DNA of 64,000 nt from Octopus bimaculoides (GCF_001194135.2 NC_068986.1:43221418-43285417), one strand, 5' to 3'. Counted from the stretch's first letter, positions 25,300 to 38,219 are shown. Notes: generated by a model from the sequence alone, not told the origin. Translations and numbers: made by a program.

Positions 25300-27830
25300 T
25301 GGGCAAGTGGTTTTCAGAGTGTTACTCTCATTAAACTCTTGACTACATTTTGGTCTTTGCTCGAAATCTTTATTTAAAACATGGAACCTATTGGGTGATA
25401 AAAATTGTTCTGCATGTTCATGTGAGAAGTCATAATATTCAGTCGTCTTTCTAGGAGTAGTCCATTTCTGTGGCTTTTGTAGGCATTTGAAAAATGCTTG
25501 CTAAAAATGATGATAATGATGATGATGATCGAATCTGGCGCAAATGGAGTGAAAAGAATCCCAATTGACATCATGATAAAGTTCAGGATGGACGTTCACA
25601 AGCTCTACTGGAATTTCTTGAATCTTGTCAGAGAGCCTTCAAACAAGTGGAAAGACGTTGTGGAATAACATCACAAATTCCCAACGTTACGCACTACACC
25701 GTCTAGCTAATGGCTATTCTATTGTTGGTACAAATGGCAAATGAGGGAGGCGCTATTGTAATTATGGACAAAAGAGATTATGCTTCAGCTTGTGAAGAAG
25801 TTTCAAGTGACAAAACTTCATATGAAGAATTACCTGTCGCTCGAAACTCAAATTACAGAGAGGAACTTGACAAAATAATTCTGAAATGGAGGAAAACAAT
25901 TTCATTAATAAGGCCGAATCCAAGATTTTACGAACAGAAAGACGAACACCCGTGTTTTATGGTCTCCCGAAAATACACAAAAAGTTTGAAAGATTTACTC
26001 CAATGCACCCAGTTCGCAGCGGATACAGCAAATATTTCGGAGTGGCTGGATGGCTTTCTACTCTCAGTCGCAAAAAGATCAAGTTCCTATATTCGGGATA
26101 CTTTTATCTAAAATCAACAACTTTTGAACCCGAAGCCCTGTCAAAAACTGTTTCTTCGTAACCATGGATGTTTCTTCCTCATATCCCATTATTGACCACG
26201 ACGCGTGGACAGAAACATGCATGAATGCCTTCGAAAAACAGTCAAACAAAAGTATTCTCTGTAGGTTATTGAGGTTTGTGTTACAAAGTAACACAATGAA
26301 GTTTGGACAAAAGTTTTACTATCAGATGAGGGTTTGCCCCATGGCAGTTAATTTTGCCAATGTCTTCATGACAAAATTCGAGACAGTTACTGAAGACATT
26401 TAATTCTCTACGTGGTCATGAACCAATACTTTGGTTACGGTACATTGATGACGTCTTTTTGTCTGGAAAGGGTCACAAGATAGTTTAATTGAATTCTTGC
26501 ATTTCTGTGACAGATATGCTAAAATTTACGTCTAGTTTATCAAAAACTAGCGTTAAATTTTTGGACACAGAAGTTAAGTTATCTTGAGGCGAAATAGTGA
26601 CAGAGTTATTTAACAAGCTCACATCAACCCAAATTTCCCCCAACCGCCGCTCCGCCCTTCCACATCATATAATTCGGTCAAATCTGAAACCCCAACTTTT
26701 GAGGATAAAACGGATTTGTACTGACATAAGGGATTACTGGAAATATACAAATGTTTTTGTACACCATCATGTCATATTTGGTTACAGTGAATCACGATTA
26801 AAGGAAATAGCAAATGACATAGCTAAGATTAGCAAAGCAAATCAAACCTTCACCCATAATTTTAGCAAACACAGTACAATATGTGACAGAATTCTTTTAG
26901 TGATTAACTGGCACCGAAATTTCGCTGGCAGTTCGAAAATTTTGCATGAAAGTTACCAGCATGTTGCGAAAAAATATGCTCGTTTTAAACAAATATTTCC
27001 TCAGGCGCCTGCTGTAGCCTTTAGACGGAATAAAAATATAAGACAATTTATTAACCTCTATTTATGACTCCAAGAAGACTAACATTGGAGTATCTGCACG
27101 CTTCACCCTGAAAAACAGCCGCAAGAGAGGTAAGCCTTGTTCATTGTGCAACAACATGAGTCAAGCGAATTCCATCAGGAATCATAACAGAAATATTATG
27201 ATTTATACAGACGGTGGGACATGTAGAGATTTCCATTTCGTGTACGTAGCAGAATTTACGAAGCACAACTTGATTTATATTGGTTGTACAGGAGAACAAT
27301 TAAACAAAAGATTTAATGGGCACAGATATGACGTCAGACCCAATAACAGTAGTTCGACAGAAAGATCTGAAAGTGCATATTATCAGAAAATATCTGAATC
27401 TGCTACACTTTCAGTACTCAAAATGCATGAAGAAAAATATTTTTTGCAGGTTATTAACATCACACCCAGGAAGAATAAATAAAATGACAGAAGAATTTCA
27501 TTCTATTTACACAAAATTCTTTTTCCTTTTCTTTTTTGCTTTTTTCTACCCTTTTCTTGTTTTTCTCCTTTTTTTTCTTTCTTCTTCATTTTGCCAGGTG
27601 TAAAATTGAAATTTGAAGACTGATGATGTCATTTTATCAACGTGTGGACGCTGCTTGCTCTCATTCATATTTGGATTTGAATTTCGATAATTTTGAATTT
27701 TTATCACTTTTCATTTTGAACTCGACAAAGACAAGCTTGCTCTCGAAATATCGTTCAACCATAAAATACTTATTGCAATCGCTTCGCGCTCTTGTTATTG
27801 TCTATATATCTCCGTGAAGAGTTACAGCAA
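25300..27830 (+). mobile_element. Penelope-like element (RT + GIY-YIG endonuclease), decayed
   Basis: PVFYGLPKIHK, MDVSSSYP, FVLQSNTMKF..YYQM..PMAVNFANVFM, WLRYIDDVF, QLLRIKRICT; Cys-rich linker (GKPCSLC); VYVAEFTKHNLIYIGCTGEQLNKRFNGHR. Confidence 0.9.
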
Positions 27831-27844
27831 TCCTTATAGAATAT

Positions 27845-27849
27845 TATTA

Positions 27850-27892
<43 letters not shown>
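27845..27892. repeat. (ATT)n microsatellite
   Basis: Directly visible. Confidence 0.95.
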
Positions 27893-27894
<2 letters not shown>

Positions 27895-28452
27895 GCTTGA
27901 CTTTTTGTAAGTCTCCCCCAGAGACCTCAAGTGACAACAAGTTAGAAGTTCAAGTTGGTGTTATGACTAGGGTGTCATATATTTGGTTTTGCATAAAATA
28001 TTGTTCTAGAAAGTGTTTAAGAAAACATAAGAAAATTGTGATTTAAACTTTGAGATTACATAGACAGCATTTTACGTAGGATATAAGCAGTTCCCATGAG
28101 CACTATCTTTTGAATTTCTACCATTTTGGTGTTTCCTGGTATCTGATCTAGGTAGGAGTCAGCTCCTTTTGCTATTATTCCTAGGGCACGTATGACAACA
28201 GGAATTGTTTTAGTCCTCAGGTTTCACATTTTGCCAATTTCTGTTTCAAGATTTTTATACTTGCACAGTTTGTGGTAGGTCTTGACAGATACATTTGTGT
28301 CGATTGGAATAGTCATATCAATGAGGGGGCATGATTTTTGTCTAAAGTCCTTCAATATAATGTCTAGCCTATTCGCATCTATCTTTCTGCCAGTTTGAAT
28401 GGTGAAGTTCCAGAAATGTGAGATGTGGTCACTTTCGAGCACTGGATGTGGT
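27893..28452 (-). mobile_element. R4/Dong-type LINE 3' fragment, family C (endonuclease + distinct 3'UTR)
   Basis: FWNFTIQT..ANRLDII..LIDMTIP..KYKNLE..IQKIVLMGTAYILRK; flanked on both sides by (ATT)n. Confidence 0.88.
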
Positions 28453-28461
28453 TTGTGTTCC

Positions 28462-28462
<1 letters not shown>

Positions 28463-28524
<62 letters not shown>

Positions 28525-28572
28525 CATCATCATCATCATCATCATCATCTTTATTATCATCATTATTATCAT
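28463..28572. repeat. (ATT)n-(CAT)n compound microsatellite
   Basis: Directly visible. Confidence 0.95.
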
Positions 28573-28574
28573 TA

Positions 28575-29880
28575 TTTATTGCCTTTGCAGAGCTTCTAAT
28601 GCTGGTGATGTACTACGGTATCAGCTGTTCACTACCAGTGAACTAAGGTAACACCCGTTATTTTTCGACCACCATCCGGTGTATTCGAGTGGTTCCAAGC
28701 AGTGCTGTTTTCTGCAAGTGATCCACCCTTATTGGAGCCCGTATTTGTTCCGTGTACTTCTCAGGATTTTTAATCACTGCTCCCAGGGTGCCGACAATTA
28801 TTGGTACTACTACCACCTTTTTCTACGACCACAACTGCTTAACCTCCCACATGAAACTCTCGCATCTCTCGACTTTTCTTTCTTCCTTATCGCATATTTT
28901 GTTGTCAGCTGGGCAAGCTATATCTACGATCCAGCATCGATTGCTTTCTTTCTCAATTTACACTATGTTTGGTTTCCTATTCGTATTATAATTTTCGATT
29001 ATGCCTTCGGGTTTATGTTCGTATCACATTTTTGCTCTGTCAAGTCCATACTTGTTGTAAAGCTTCCAATGGACAATCCTTGCTATGTTGTCATGACGTC
29101 TTTTATATTATTCCTGGGATACTGGCGTACATTGACCGATAATATGCCATACGGCTTTACAGTTTTGTCCACAAATTCTGCACTTATCATTTTCCGATAT
29201 GTTGTCTATTCTGTATTTGATGTAATTGGTTCTTAATGATTGCTCTTGGACAGCACAGATTAGAACCTCCGTTTCCGGTTTTAAATCAATTTTAGCCATC
29301 CATAGCTATCTTTTTTTCTCTGTCTGCCTTATCTGCAACATCCCTATGAAATTGTCCATGCATTCTTTTCCTTATCCACCTATTTTCAGTTTCCTTCATT
29401 CTCAAGTCCTTGTACAGTGCTTTATCTTTGCAATCTTTCATCCTACACAAGCCTGACCTTACTTCCAATAATAGTGATTTTGTGGCATTTTTACAAACCA
29501 CGCTATGTTGTTTTCTTCTACTTTAATGCTGTGCTTGCATCCAATCAGTCCTCTTCCCCTCTTTTTCTTGGTACATACTGTCTGTTTGTGTCACTTTTGG
29601 GGTGGATTATCCCATATCTAGTCAGTAACTTCCTTGTCTTTCTGTCTAAGCTTCTAGTTCGTATACTGTCCATGCGATAACCCTTGGTCCGTATCTAAGG
29701 AGTGAAACCGCATAGATGATAGCTTCAATCTTATTCCGTCCGTTTAATTTCGACTTACGGGTAAGTCTCAGTCTGCGCAAGTACGCCACCTTAATTTTTT
29801 CTGTCATTTCTTTCTCCATCAATTTATCCATTTCCAATACCCCCAAGTACTCATAGCCCGTATCATCTATTTTATTTCTT
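28575..29880 (-). mobile_element. R4/Dong-type LINE 3' half, family B
   Basis: YEYLGVLEMDK..KSKLNGRNKIEAI, ICAVQEQSLRTNYIK..CRICGQ..VWHII, QKTALLGTTRI; 3'UTR shared with 53995, 56788 and 56981. Confidence 0.9.
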
Positions 29881-30599
29881 TGAATTGGCCATACAGGCCT
29901 CAAACAGAAGCATCCGGGGGCTGGACAAAACACATGATGAATGAATGACAAAGTAAATAATGAAATTAGTAGGGAAGGCAAGCGGCGCCCACTGATCACT
30001 GCTTCCCGAAAACATTGTTCTTCTTTTCTTTTCTAACAAATTGAGGTTATAAATCTCTTACTTTCATTCAATTGGACCCAAAGTCCTTACAAATGAGGCA
30101 CTAAGCCTCTTAACTTATTTCATTATTTTCCGCCCCGCCGGCGGCCGACCAGGCTCAATGCCTCACTCAAGCACGTCGACGGTGCTAGGTCGGTGTGTTT
30201 CAGCAGGAAGCGGAATGTGTCTTCGGGGAAGGAGTTCATCACCTTGCACAAATCTGTTTCCCACACGACTTCCGCAGCTACCTGCGGAGGCCAATCAGGG
30301 TCCTTAGTACAGGTTAGAACCCCTCCCCTCCGACCTAGTTGTTGTACGTCTAACGACACGTGCTGCACGTCACTCCCGTAAGTTTGTCGTTATTCATATT
30401 GTTAGACATTCACAAATATTGTACATTTCTTATCGTTACTTAGATAAACTAAGCAGGAGCTTGGGGACTTATTTAGTTTGTCTGCATCTGTACCCTTTTT
30501 GGTGTTTATTTGGGATAAGACATCACTCATTTTTTTTTTTTTGTTGCAAAGATAAGATAGCGAATGTGAGTTGTCCGTCCGCTGAAAGGAACAGCCGGT

Positions 30600-33500
30600 C
30601 ATCCGGGAAAGAGAACACCCAAGTCGTAAAGAACAGCAACTGCTCTAGCAGCAGCAACAACAGCAAAAACAACAGCGCACCTGAAGTCTATGAAAGAAAA
30701 TTTCCTTTGCTTTTACCGCCACTTTCTCTATTGCAAGAAAATAGAAATCCATGACAACAAAAATCAGCGACACATGCGAGAGCTCTGCCACTTCCACCGC
30801 TACCGCCGATGACAGCAACAAGCCCACCACCAGCATCATTAAAGAAAAAAATAAAGAAAACAAAACATGCAAATTCACTTTAAACGTGTTGGGCTTTGCG
30901 TGACCGACCCGAGAAGCAAGTGAAGACATTTTTAGAAACGAAAATGAATTAAAAAGTGCTAAGTGTATGTTGCTGAAGTGTGGGAGGAATGTAATACTAA
31001 ACATTCCTAGAAGTGTCCAGCAAAAAGTTAATTTGCGGATAATTCTATATAAAACATTTGGCGCCAAAAGTAGGAAAGTAGAGCAAGCAACACAGAAGAA
31101 AAATGTTTAAAACCAGTTTGGAAGAGCAAAACTTACGTAGCCAGAGGGAAGAAATATGGAACTGATAAAGTGAGGATTGCCTAACAGAAGGTCACAAATC
31201 ATTCGAAAGCTATCCTAACGAGTGACGAACTCATACTCATCCTGAAGAGTATTTTAAGTTAGAGTACTCAACATTCCACCAGAGATAAACATCTCGACAT
31301 AGAACAGAAAATCACGATTCTGCGAATACAGAGAATGCAGAAGCAGAATTGGTTATGACAGGGGATGCAGCTATTAATACAAACTGACCTGGGGCGTCGA
31401 GGCTATCTTGGACTACATAAGCATACCAGATTGCCCAACGTTTCACGTGGTGTTGAGGGCAGAAACGAGGATATCAGCTGTGTGGGTACTCGAACCATCT
31501 CATAGATTTCTGGCCACAACAAAAAAGAGAAGTGACCGCCCCCATTGTTGCCTACACCACTTCCACCACAGCAACATTAGAAGCAGGTGACTACTACATC
31601 TGAAAAAACAACAGTAACAGTAGTAGTGATAACTGCAATCACAGAAGCACCGACAGCAGTAGCAGCAACAACACCAAGAATAACAGTGGAAACGTAACAA
31701 ACAAATCACCAGCATCGGCAGCAGCAAGAGCAACAGCATCAAAATCCCCCCAAACAACATCAACTTCATCAACAAAAAAAAAACACAAAAAGCTCAGCAA
31801 GATTTGCCCCACCCGTGTTCGGAGCAATCAGACACGCCCTGCGATGAGGGAGAGCTAGCAGGATCCTAATTGGCAAAATGTTCATAAATAACACAAAAGA
31901 AAAATGGAATAAAGTAACACCGACATCAACACAAAAGACTGGCAGCTATGACCAGAGTGGAGAGACACCATCGAAAATAAATTCTCAGATGTCTCGCCCA
32001 ACAGCAGCCGCGACATTACAGTCAACAGCATCATCCCCATTACAACCATCACCATCACCACTATCACAGACACCACCATCACAAGCACAAACCAATTCAT
32101 ACAAACATCACACATACTGACTTTATCACACCAGGAAACACACCAAATACATTTGAAAGTCGTACAAACATCGCAACACACAACACCATCATAATAAAAT
32201 GTTCTGAAAGAGTAATGGCGTTCCAGAGAGATATAAGCAAAAGAATATGCAAAGAACTGCTCGTGGAAACATCCACACATACGTATAGGGGCGGAGCATC
32301 TAAATTACTGTAAGTAAACTTTTCCGTTTCTATACCTTGATCTAATATGACTTTGCTCAGAGTAGACAGTATAAATGTACGTAGCTTCGAGTGGCCGTGA
32401 AAACATGACCATCTGCTCAACGACCTTAGGTCACTAAGTGTCTCTGACCGACAAAATTTCATACCCGTCTTCAGTGGATTCGAGATATATTTATCTCCAA
32501 GTCAACCGGGTACCAAAAGTGGAACGGTGGTGTTGTTCTGGAGAGGTCTGAATCAGAAGATTAGGACTATCGCCCTGGAGGCAGAAGGTAAGTTAGTTGT
32601 CCTGGATCTGAACAGTAGTGTAGAAGTTCCCTCAGACTGGTGGCTATTTATGCTCCGACAGCAACAGGAAGTCGGATTTCTTCATACGTTTAGAGGTTTT
32701 CCTAGGAACGTCTCCATCTTTAGTGTTAGTGGGCAATTAGGAGGCCGTCTCCGCGTCACGCTTGGACAGTGTGAGGCTAACGTGTAGAAGAGGGTGTGAT
32801 AAATGCCTCGCAAATTTGCTCAGACATTTCCAACTGCCTGACAGGTACCGATTTGATTTCCCTGATGTGGCAATGTGGCCCTGGACTAATCACATCGGGT
32901 CATCTAGGTCGTATCTAGACAGAGTATTCTGTAAGCTAGTAGATAAAAATAGTATAAGTTATCCACTTTTCAAACTGGTAGGCTGCACTGACCACTAATT
33001 TGTGATCTGTGCGATCGACCTAAATAGACTTAGAAGGCAGGGTCTCGGTTACTGAAAGCTGAACCTTCACTTCCAGCATGCCAAGCTTACAGATACCGGA
33101 TTAGAGAATTAGATATGCGGGAGTTGACGAGGGCAAACGTCAACAACGAATGGTTGTTTGCCCTGAAAATGGCAATTAGAGTAGAATCAGTTAGGTTTAG
33201 TAAGATATATTTGATAGAAAGGAGTGAAGTAGAAGGGAACTTAGAAATTAAGAAAGGGGAGCAGAGTTTTGGAAATGCAGGTAACAATCATGGATATACG
33301 GGATTCAATGATGTGTTGCACGGGTGTGATGCTGCAAATCGCCTGATTTGGATAGTCTGTCCTGTGAGCTTTACTTTTATATTCCAGACTTGTTTGGTGA
33401 TTCTCTTGCAGATATCTACCACAACTGGCGGCAGAACAGAAGAATCCAAAATTCTGTGAGTCAAGGAGCGGTGACTCTGCTGAGAAAGAGCCCAAACAAT

Positions 33501-35150
33501 GGAGATTAGATAGACTTCAAAATTTGGGCCGAGATGTGAGAAAAGAGATCAGCGCTTGTCATCGAGGTGATGCGCAAACATGTGCTATCCCAAACAGATC
33601 TATCCACGACAACCTCCACCTCATGTGATACAGCATAGACAGAGTGAGTAAGGAACCTGCCATGGATGGGGCCTTGATCAATTTGGGTCAATCTAAAGCC
33701 TTCGATAGGGTCGACCACCAAAATCTTAGCGGCCGTTCTGACGGAGGCCGGATTCGGTCCCGTTTTCCGTGGCTGAATCGCTGCAATGTACAGTGATATT
33801 TATTCGGTAGTTCGGATGAATCGTTACCTATTGGAACCATTCACCGTCATGCGCTCGGTCTGTCAAGGATATCACCTCTCGTCTCTTCTTGAGCTCTTAT
33901 TGCGGAAATTGGAGTAGTTGTAAGTCATGACTCGCGAACTAGGATGTGAGAAACCGTGTCGTCATACGCAGACCACATCAGCGTCATAGTGTCGAACAGC
34001 AGGCATATAGACATGGTCGAAACTACTATAAAAAAACGAGTCGGTGACAGGAGCAAAAATTAACCAAAAAAAGCCAATGGGCTTGCACCTCAGCACCCGG
34101 TGAGTCAAGTCCATACTGTGCAATAACTTCGTAGGACGCTGGACGGAGGGACTTGTTAAATTGCTCGGGTCCTGGTTTGGTCCAGATGTCCAAGTGGAGA
34201 AGAGCTGGGATGTGGTGACGAGCAGTGTGGCGAATCTCATCTGAAAATTCGGGCGCAGGAGGCCAATGAATACATCACCTCCTTCATATACTATCACCTA
34301 ACTGTCGTACCTTGCCTCAGATTATGTCAGACCAAACTGGAGCGCATACTCTTCGGCTGTCTGTAGGAAGGGCGCATTCCACTTGACAGTTGCTCGATTT
34401 GCTGTCAATACCCGCTGAATGGAGGGATGGACATGATGTGGCTGCTGATGCACAGACATGCGCCGAGGCTGCGACATCTCAGTGCTTCCTTGACGGTGAG
34501 CAGTTGTGGTCGCCGTTTGACAGACAAGATTTTTCTATAAAGCTCTCGTCTTTTCCTGAGCTTCAATCCTGGTTGAAGCGTAGACCTAGAGGAATAGCGC
34601 CTGGAAGTTAGAGTGTCGTCAAATATTCAGAGTTCTCTATCAGTCGGGCTATGCGGTCGGTGGAATTTCCACTCAGACGTTCTATAGAGTGTTAGTGGCA
34701 GGCAAGTGCGACGATCGTTCTTAGGCAGGCTTTGGGCATCGATGAGAATAGGTTAGTTTGCTCGTCTGTCGTGGAGGACTTTCGGACCAGAAGCCATGGA
34801 TAACTTCCAGAAATCTCTAACTTGGCAGTGCTACCATGGAGCATTTTCGATTCGGTATAAATTCTACAGGCATAGAAGTACCGTCAGCCAAGATTGTCCG
34901 CAAGCTTGCAGAGCGACGAAACTGTTTGGCACACTCTCGTTAGTGCCCGAGAATTGCTGAATTGTGGGCTTAAGTCTAACATTTGCTGTTGAGTGTAGGA
35001 CGGATCTGGTTATTAGTTGAATCCATCGTGAAGATCGCCCCGTCGCTTTCATTTCATCGGGAAGAACAAGCAGTGTTTCTTTGTGAGGTGAGCTCAGTGA
35101 AAGAGGTTGTGTGGTGAACCAGGTTAAAAGGGCTGAAGATTGACACGGCC
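30600..35150 (+). mobile_element. Near full-length L1/Tx1-like LINE (ORF1 with zinc knuckle and Thr/Ser-rich tail; ORF2 APE-RT-Cys), inactivated
   Basis: ORF1 from ~30750 (MTTKISD..), knuckle-like QLCGYSNHL (~31480); APE WTNHIGSSRSYLDRV..GCTDH; RT LGQSKAFDRVDH, SYADH (YADD variant); C-terminal DCP..SDETV motif ~34890. Confidence 0.88.
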
Positions 35151-35164
35151 TGCAGGGGACAGAG

Positions 35165-35340
35165 TTAAGGCGATTGCATTGACTCTAGTGTTCAACTGGT
35201 ACTTATTTTATCGCCCCTCCACCGGAAGGATGAAATGCAAAATCGTCCTCGAATTTGAAGTCAGAACGTAAAGTCAGAAAGCAACGCCTCTAAACATTTT
35301 TATTTGCAGTGGTGACGGTCCTGCCAGCTTACCGCCTAAA
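35165..35340 (-). mobile_element. S1 SINE, degraded
   Basis: ctggtacttattttatc...ggatgaaatgcaaaatc...ctgccagcttaccgcc. Confidence 0.75.
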
Positions 35341-36109
35341 CCATCTCCTGATATCAAATCCCATTTCAATTTGGACCAATGGCATTCAGTGGCAGAATGC
35401 CTTACATATTTAGTTACATGTCTTTATGGTTTGCATTCACGTTTCAACTAGATCCGTTTTTTTTGGGGGGGTTTTTTTCCTTCCAGTATTTATAAAATAA
35501 GCAGCAGCGAAGAATCGGTATCTATTAATGAACTGTCTACCCTCTATTCCAAATCGTGGTACCTTGCACCTATAGCTGACATCATTATTATTTTGAATAA
35601 TGCTTTCCAAATGTATTGCTCAAATTTGAAATGATTTTTTATTCATGCTTCAGATAACATTCAAATAGCAAGTCAATTATATATTCATAGTATATGAAAT
35701 CAATCCGGCTTATCGTATTATATATTTTGTAGGAAATTATTCCAATAAATATTAATGCAAATTATGCGTAGAACCGAATTCTAATTACTTTTTAATACTT
35801 AAATTAGATTTAGTTATATAAATGTATAACATTTCATTAAATATTATATCAAATTTAGAAAATTAACAAGATATGCCAATCACATCATTATATTTGTCAT
35901 GCATCCAACATTTTCTAATGATTGATTTAATATAAGAATTCCAGTTTTTCAGTAAAAGTAGTAAAACCCAGACAAGATTTTAACGTTTGAATATATGATC
36001 ATACCACTCTGCCCATGTTATTGCATATAATCATTTTGAACGTAATTGACCCACTGTGTTGTCTTATATGTCCAAACACAGAGTGATTGGGCGAAATTTG
36101 ATGATTTGT

Positions 36110-36972
36110 TTCTTTCTTTTCTTCTTCAGGAAGAGCTTAGTACATTCGTGAACAGTTAACAGTGTTGGAGAACATAAAGTTTAACGCTGTGTTTGAGAAA
36201 ACGTTAGTTGACATGGAAGACTGAGAACCATTTGAATATTGGAAAAGAGTTACCTGTGTCATGATGATTCGCGCCGGAATTAAAATACCGACATCATGAC
36301 TCTGCTCAAAGCTCTCTGAATAATTTAAAGTCTGTAAGACTTGTTATGGATAGCTGCAATGGAGACTACGAAACCGTGGCCAGCAGGTAGGGACACAGAA
36401 TGCGTTTCGACTGTGCCCACATATCGGAATTGATTATTACAGCTTTGAAATGGGCTTTAACTTAAATGCAGATGGCTATGTAAAGCCGCTAGAAACTGTC
36501 GTCAAACTCTGTCTGGAGAGGCTTGATGCTGAAAGGCCAGATGTGTAGCAGGAGGATTTGTCTCCTTGCCATAATTCTGAAAAGGTTCAGAAGTGTTTGT
36601 CGTAGAGGCTTCACCAATCCGAGCTTCTGTATTCCTAATTACCCCAATTGTAATCCCATGGGTAGCTATGTGATGGGCACGATTGAAAAAGACTCTCGTC
36701 GATCATGGGTACCAAGGCCGAGTTGGTACCCATGATCAAGGAGATGATCGCAGATCATCCCAGGGACGCAATGTAGAGTGCATGCGTCAGGTTCCAGAAC
36801 TGTCTTAGAACTACGGTAGAAGATGAGGCCTGCTACTTTGAGTAAACTGTTATCTTCCAATCATAATCTATTTGATATTTTTTTTAAATCTATAAATTAC
36901 TTTTATTTTTTGGCAGAACATTGTTTTCTTTTCCTTTTATGCAAGCTGTCAAATTTATCCCGAACACCTGAT
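36110..36972 (+). mobile_element. Tc1/mariner-superfamily relic of maT/DD37D-like type, internally deleted
   Basis: YVKPLETVVK..RPDV*QEDLSPCHNS..PNYPNCNPMGSYVMGTIE..ACVRFQ..YFE; putative right TIR ...ttatcccgaacacctgata. The D-D spacing cannot be counted because of a frameshift. Confidence 0.72.
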
Positions 36973-37924
36973 ATAAATGATTATTTTTAAAGATATTTCT
37001 AAACACTTTATGCATTATTGTACTACATTTTTGCGAACTTCACTGCTCACTTTTCCAGCAAAACTCTACTCCACATTTTGATCTATCTTTATCATGCATC
37101 TCATCTGGAAACTTTATAAAATTTAATTCTCTTTCTCTCGTCTTCATGTTTTAACTTTTAGTTAAAACCCAGTATTCTTCTGCAGTATTCTTCCTTGAAT
37201 AAACATTGCAATATATATAGATTCATTTTGTAGAAAAACATATTTATCACATAATTTACAAATTTGCTTTCTCTATAACCTACAACAGTTTTAATGTTAA
37301 AAAACTTGTTCATTTGTTCAATGTTTACAGCATAACAACACTCTTCTAACCTGATTTAACATTCAGTATGAACCAGAATGTGTTTTACCAATAAAATAGC
37401 ATTTACCTACAACATATCACGCAATGACACTTTACATTGACAATATTTTCATTGTCAGCATAAACGCTAAATCCAGGCTTTCTACTTGAACAATTAGCAC
37501 CGTTGTTTCGTATCCAACGTAAATATTTTCTCACTGCATGTATTGGAATTTCACCCACTAAGCTGCATTAAAATCTATTATTTCCAGTTAAAATAAACCA
37601 AGAATAATATCTTTCAGCATAATTTTCGTTCAACATACTGACACTTATCAAAGGTATATTATGGATACGGCGGCTCGGTGAATTTTAAATGCCATAGCAG
37701 TTTTAGTCTCCTATATACTTTCTATGTTCAAATAGCATCTAAGGTTCGATTTTATATGGCCTTACCGTAGTTGGTAAAATAATTTTACAATATTAGTTTA
37801 GGCATGGCCAACATATTAATAACTTTGTTTGGAAATCCTGTAGTGCCGGATTGGATATGCGAATGGAATCTGATATACGGAAAATGTACTGAAAGCGATG
37901 GTATGTATATATATGTGTGCGTGT

Positions 37925-38152
37925 TATTTCTTTACTACCCACAAGGGGCTACACACAGAGGGGACAAACAAGGACAGACAAACGGATTAAGTCGATTATA
38001 TCGACCCCAGTGCGTAACTGGTACTTATTTAATCGACCCCGAAAGGATGAAAGGCAAAGTCGACCTCGGCGGAATTTGAACTCGGAACGTAGCGGCAGAC
38101 GAAATACGGCTAAGCGTTTCGCCCGGCGTGCTAACGTTTCTGCCAGCCCGTG
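37925..38152 (-). mobile_element. S1 SINE, well preserved
   Basis: Clean tRNA-like head with A/B boxes on the minus strand; tail ..ccccttgtgggtagtaaagaaataa. Confidence 0.9.
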
Positions 38153-38159
38153 CGTGTGT

Positions 38160-38219
38160 GAATATATGCATGCATATATACAAATATATATATATATAAA
38201 GAGAAAGAGAGAGAGAGAG

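Noticed and set aside
25148-25342. Peptide NNRSNALLKFL resembling NNRSNAAIKFL in the Gypsy frame at ~23850
   Set aside because: An 11-residue match with no extension on either side; plausible by chance in six-frame translations of AT-rich DNA.
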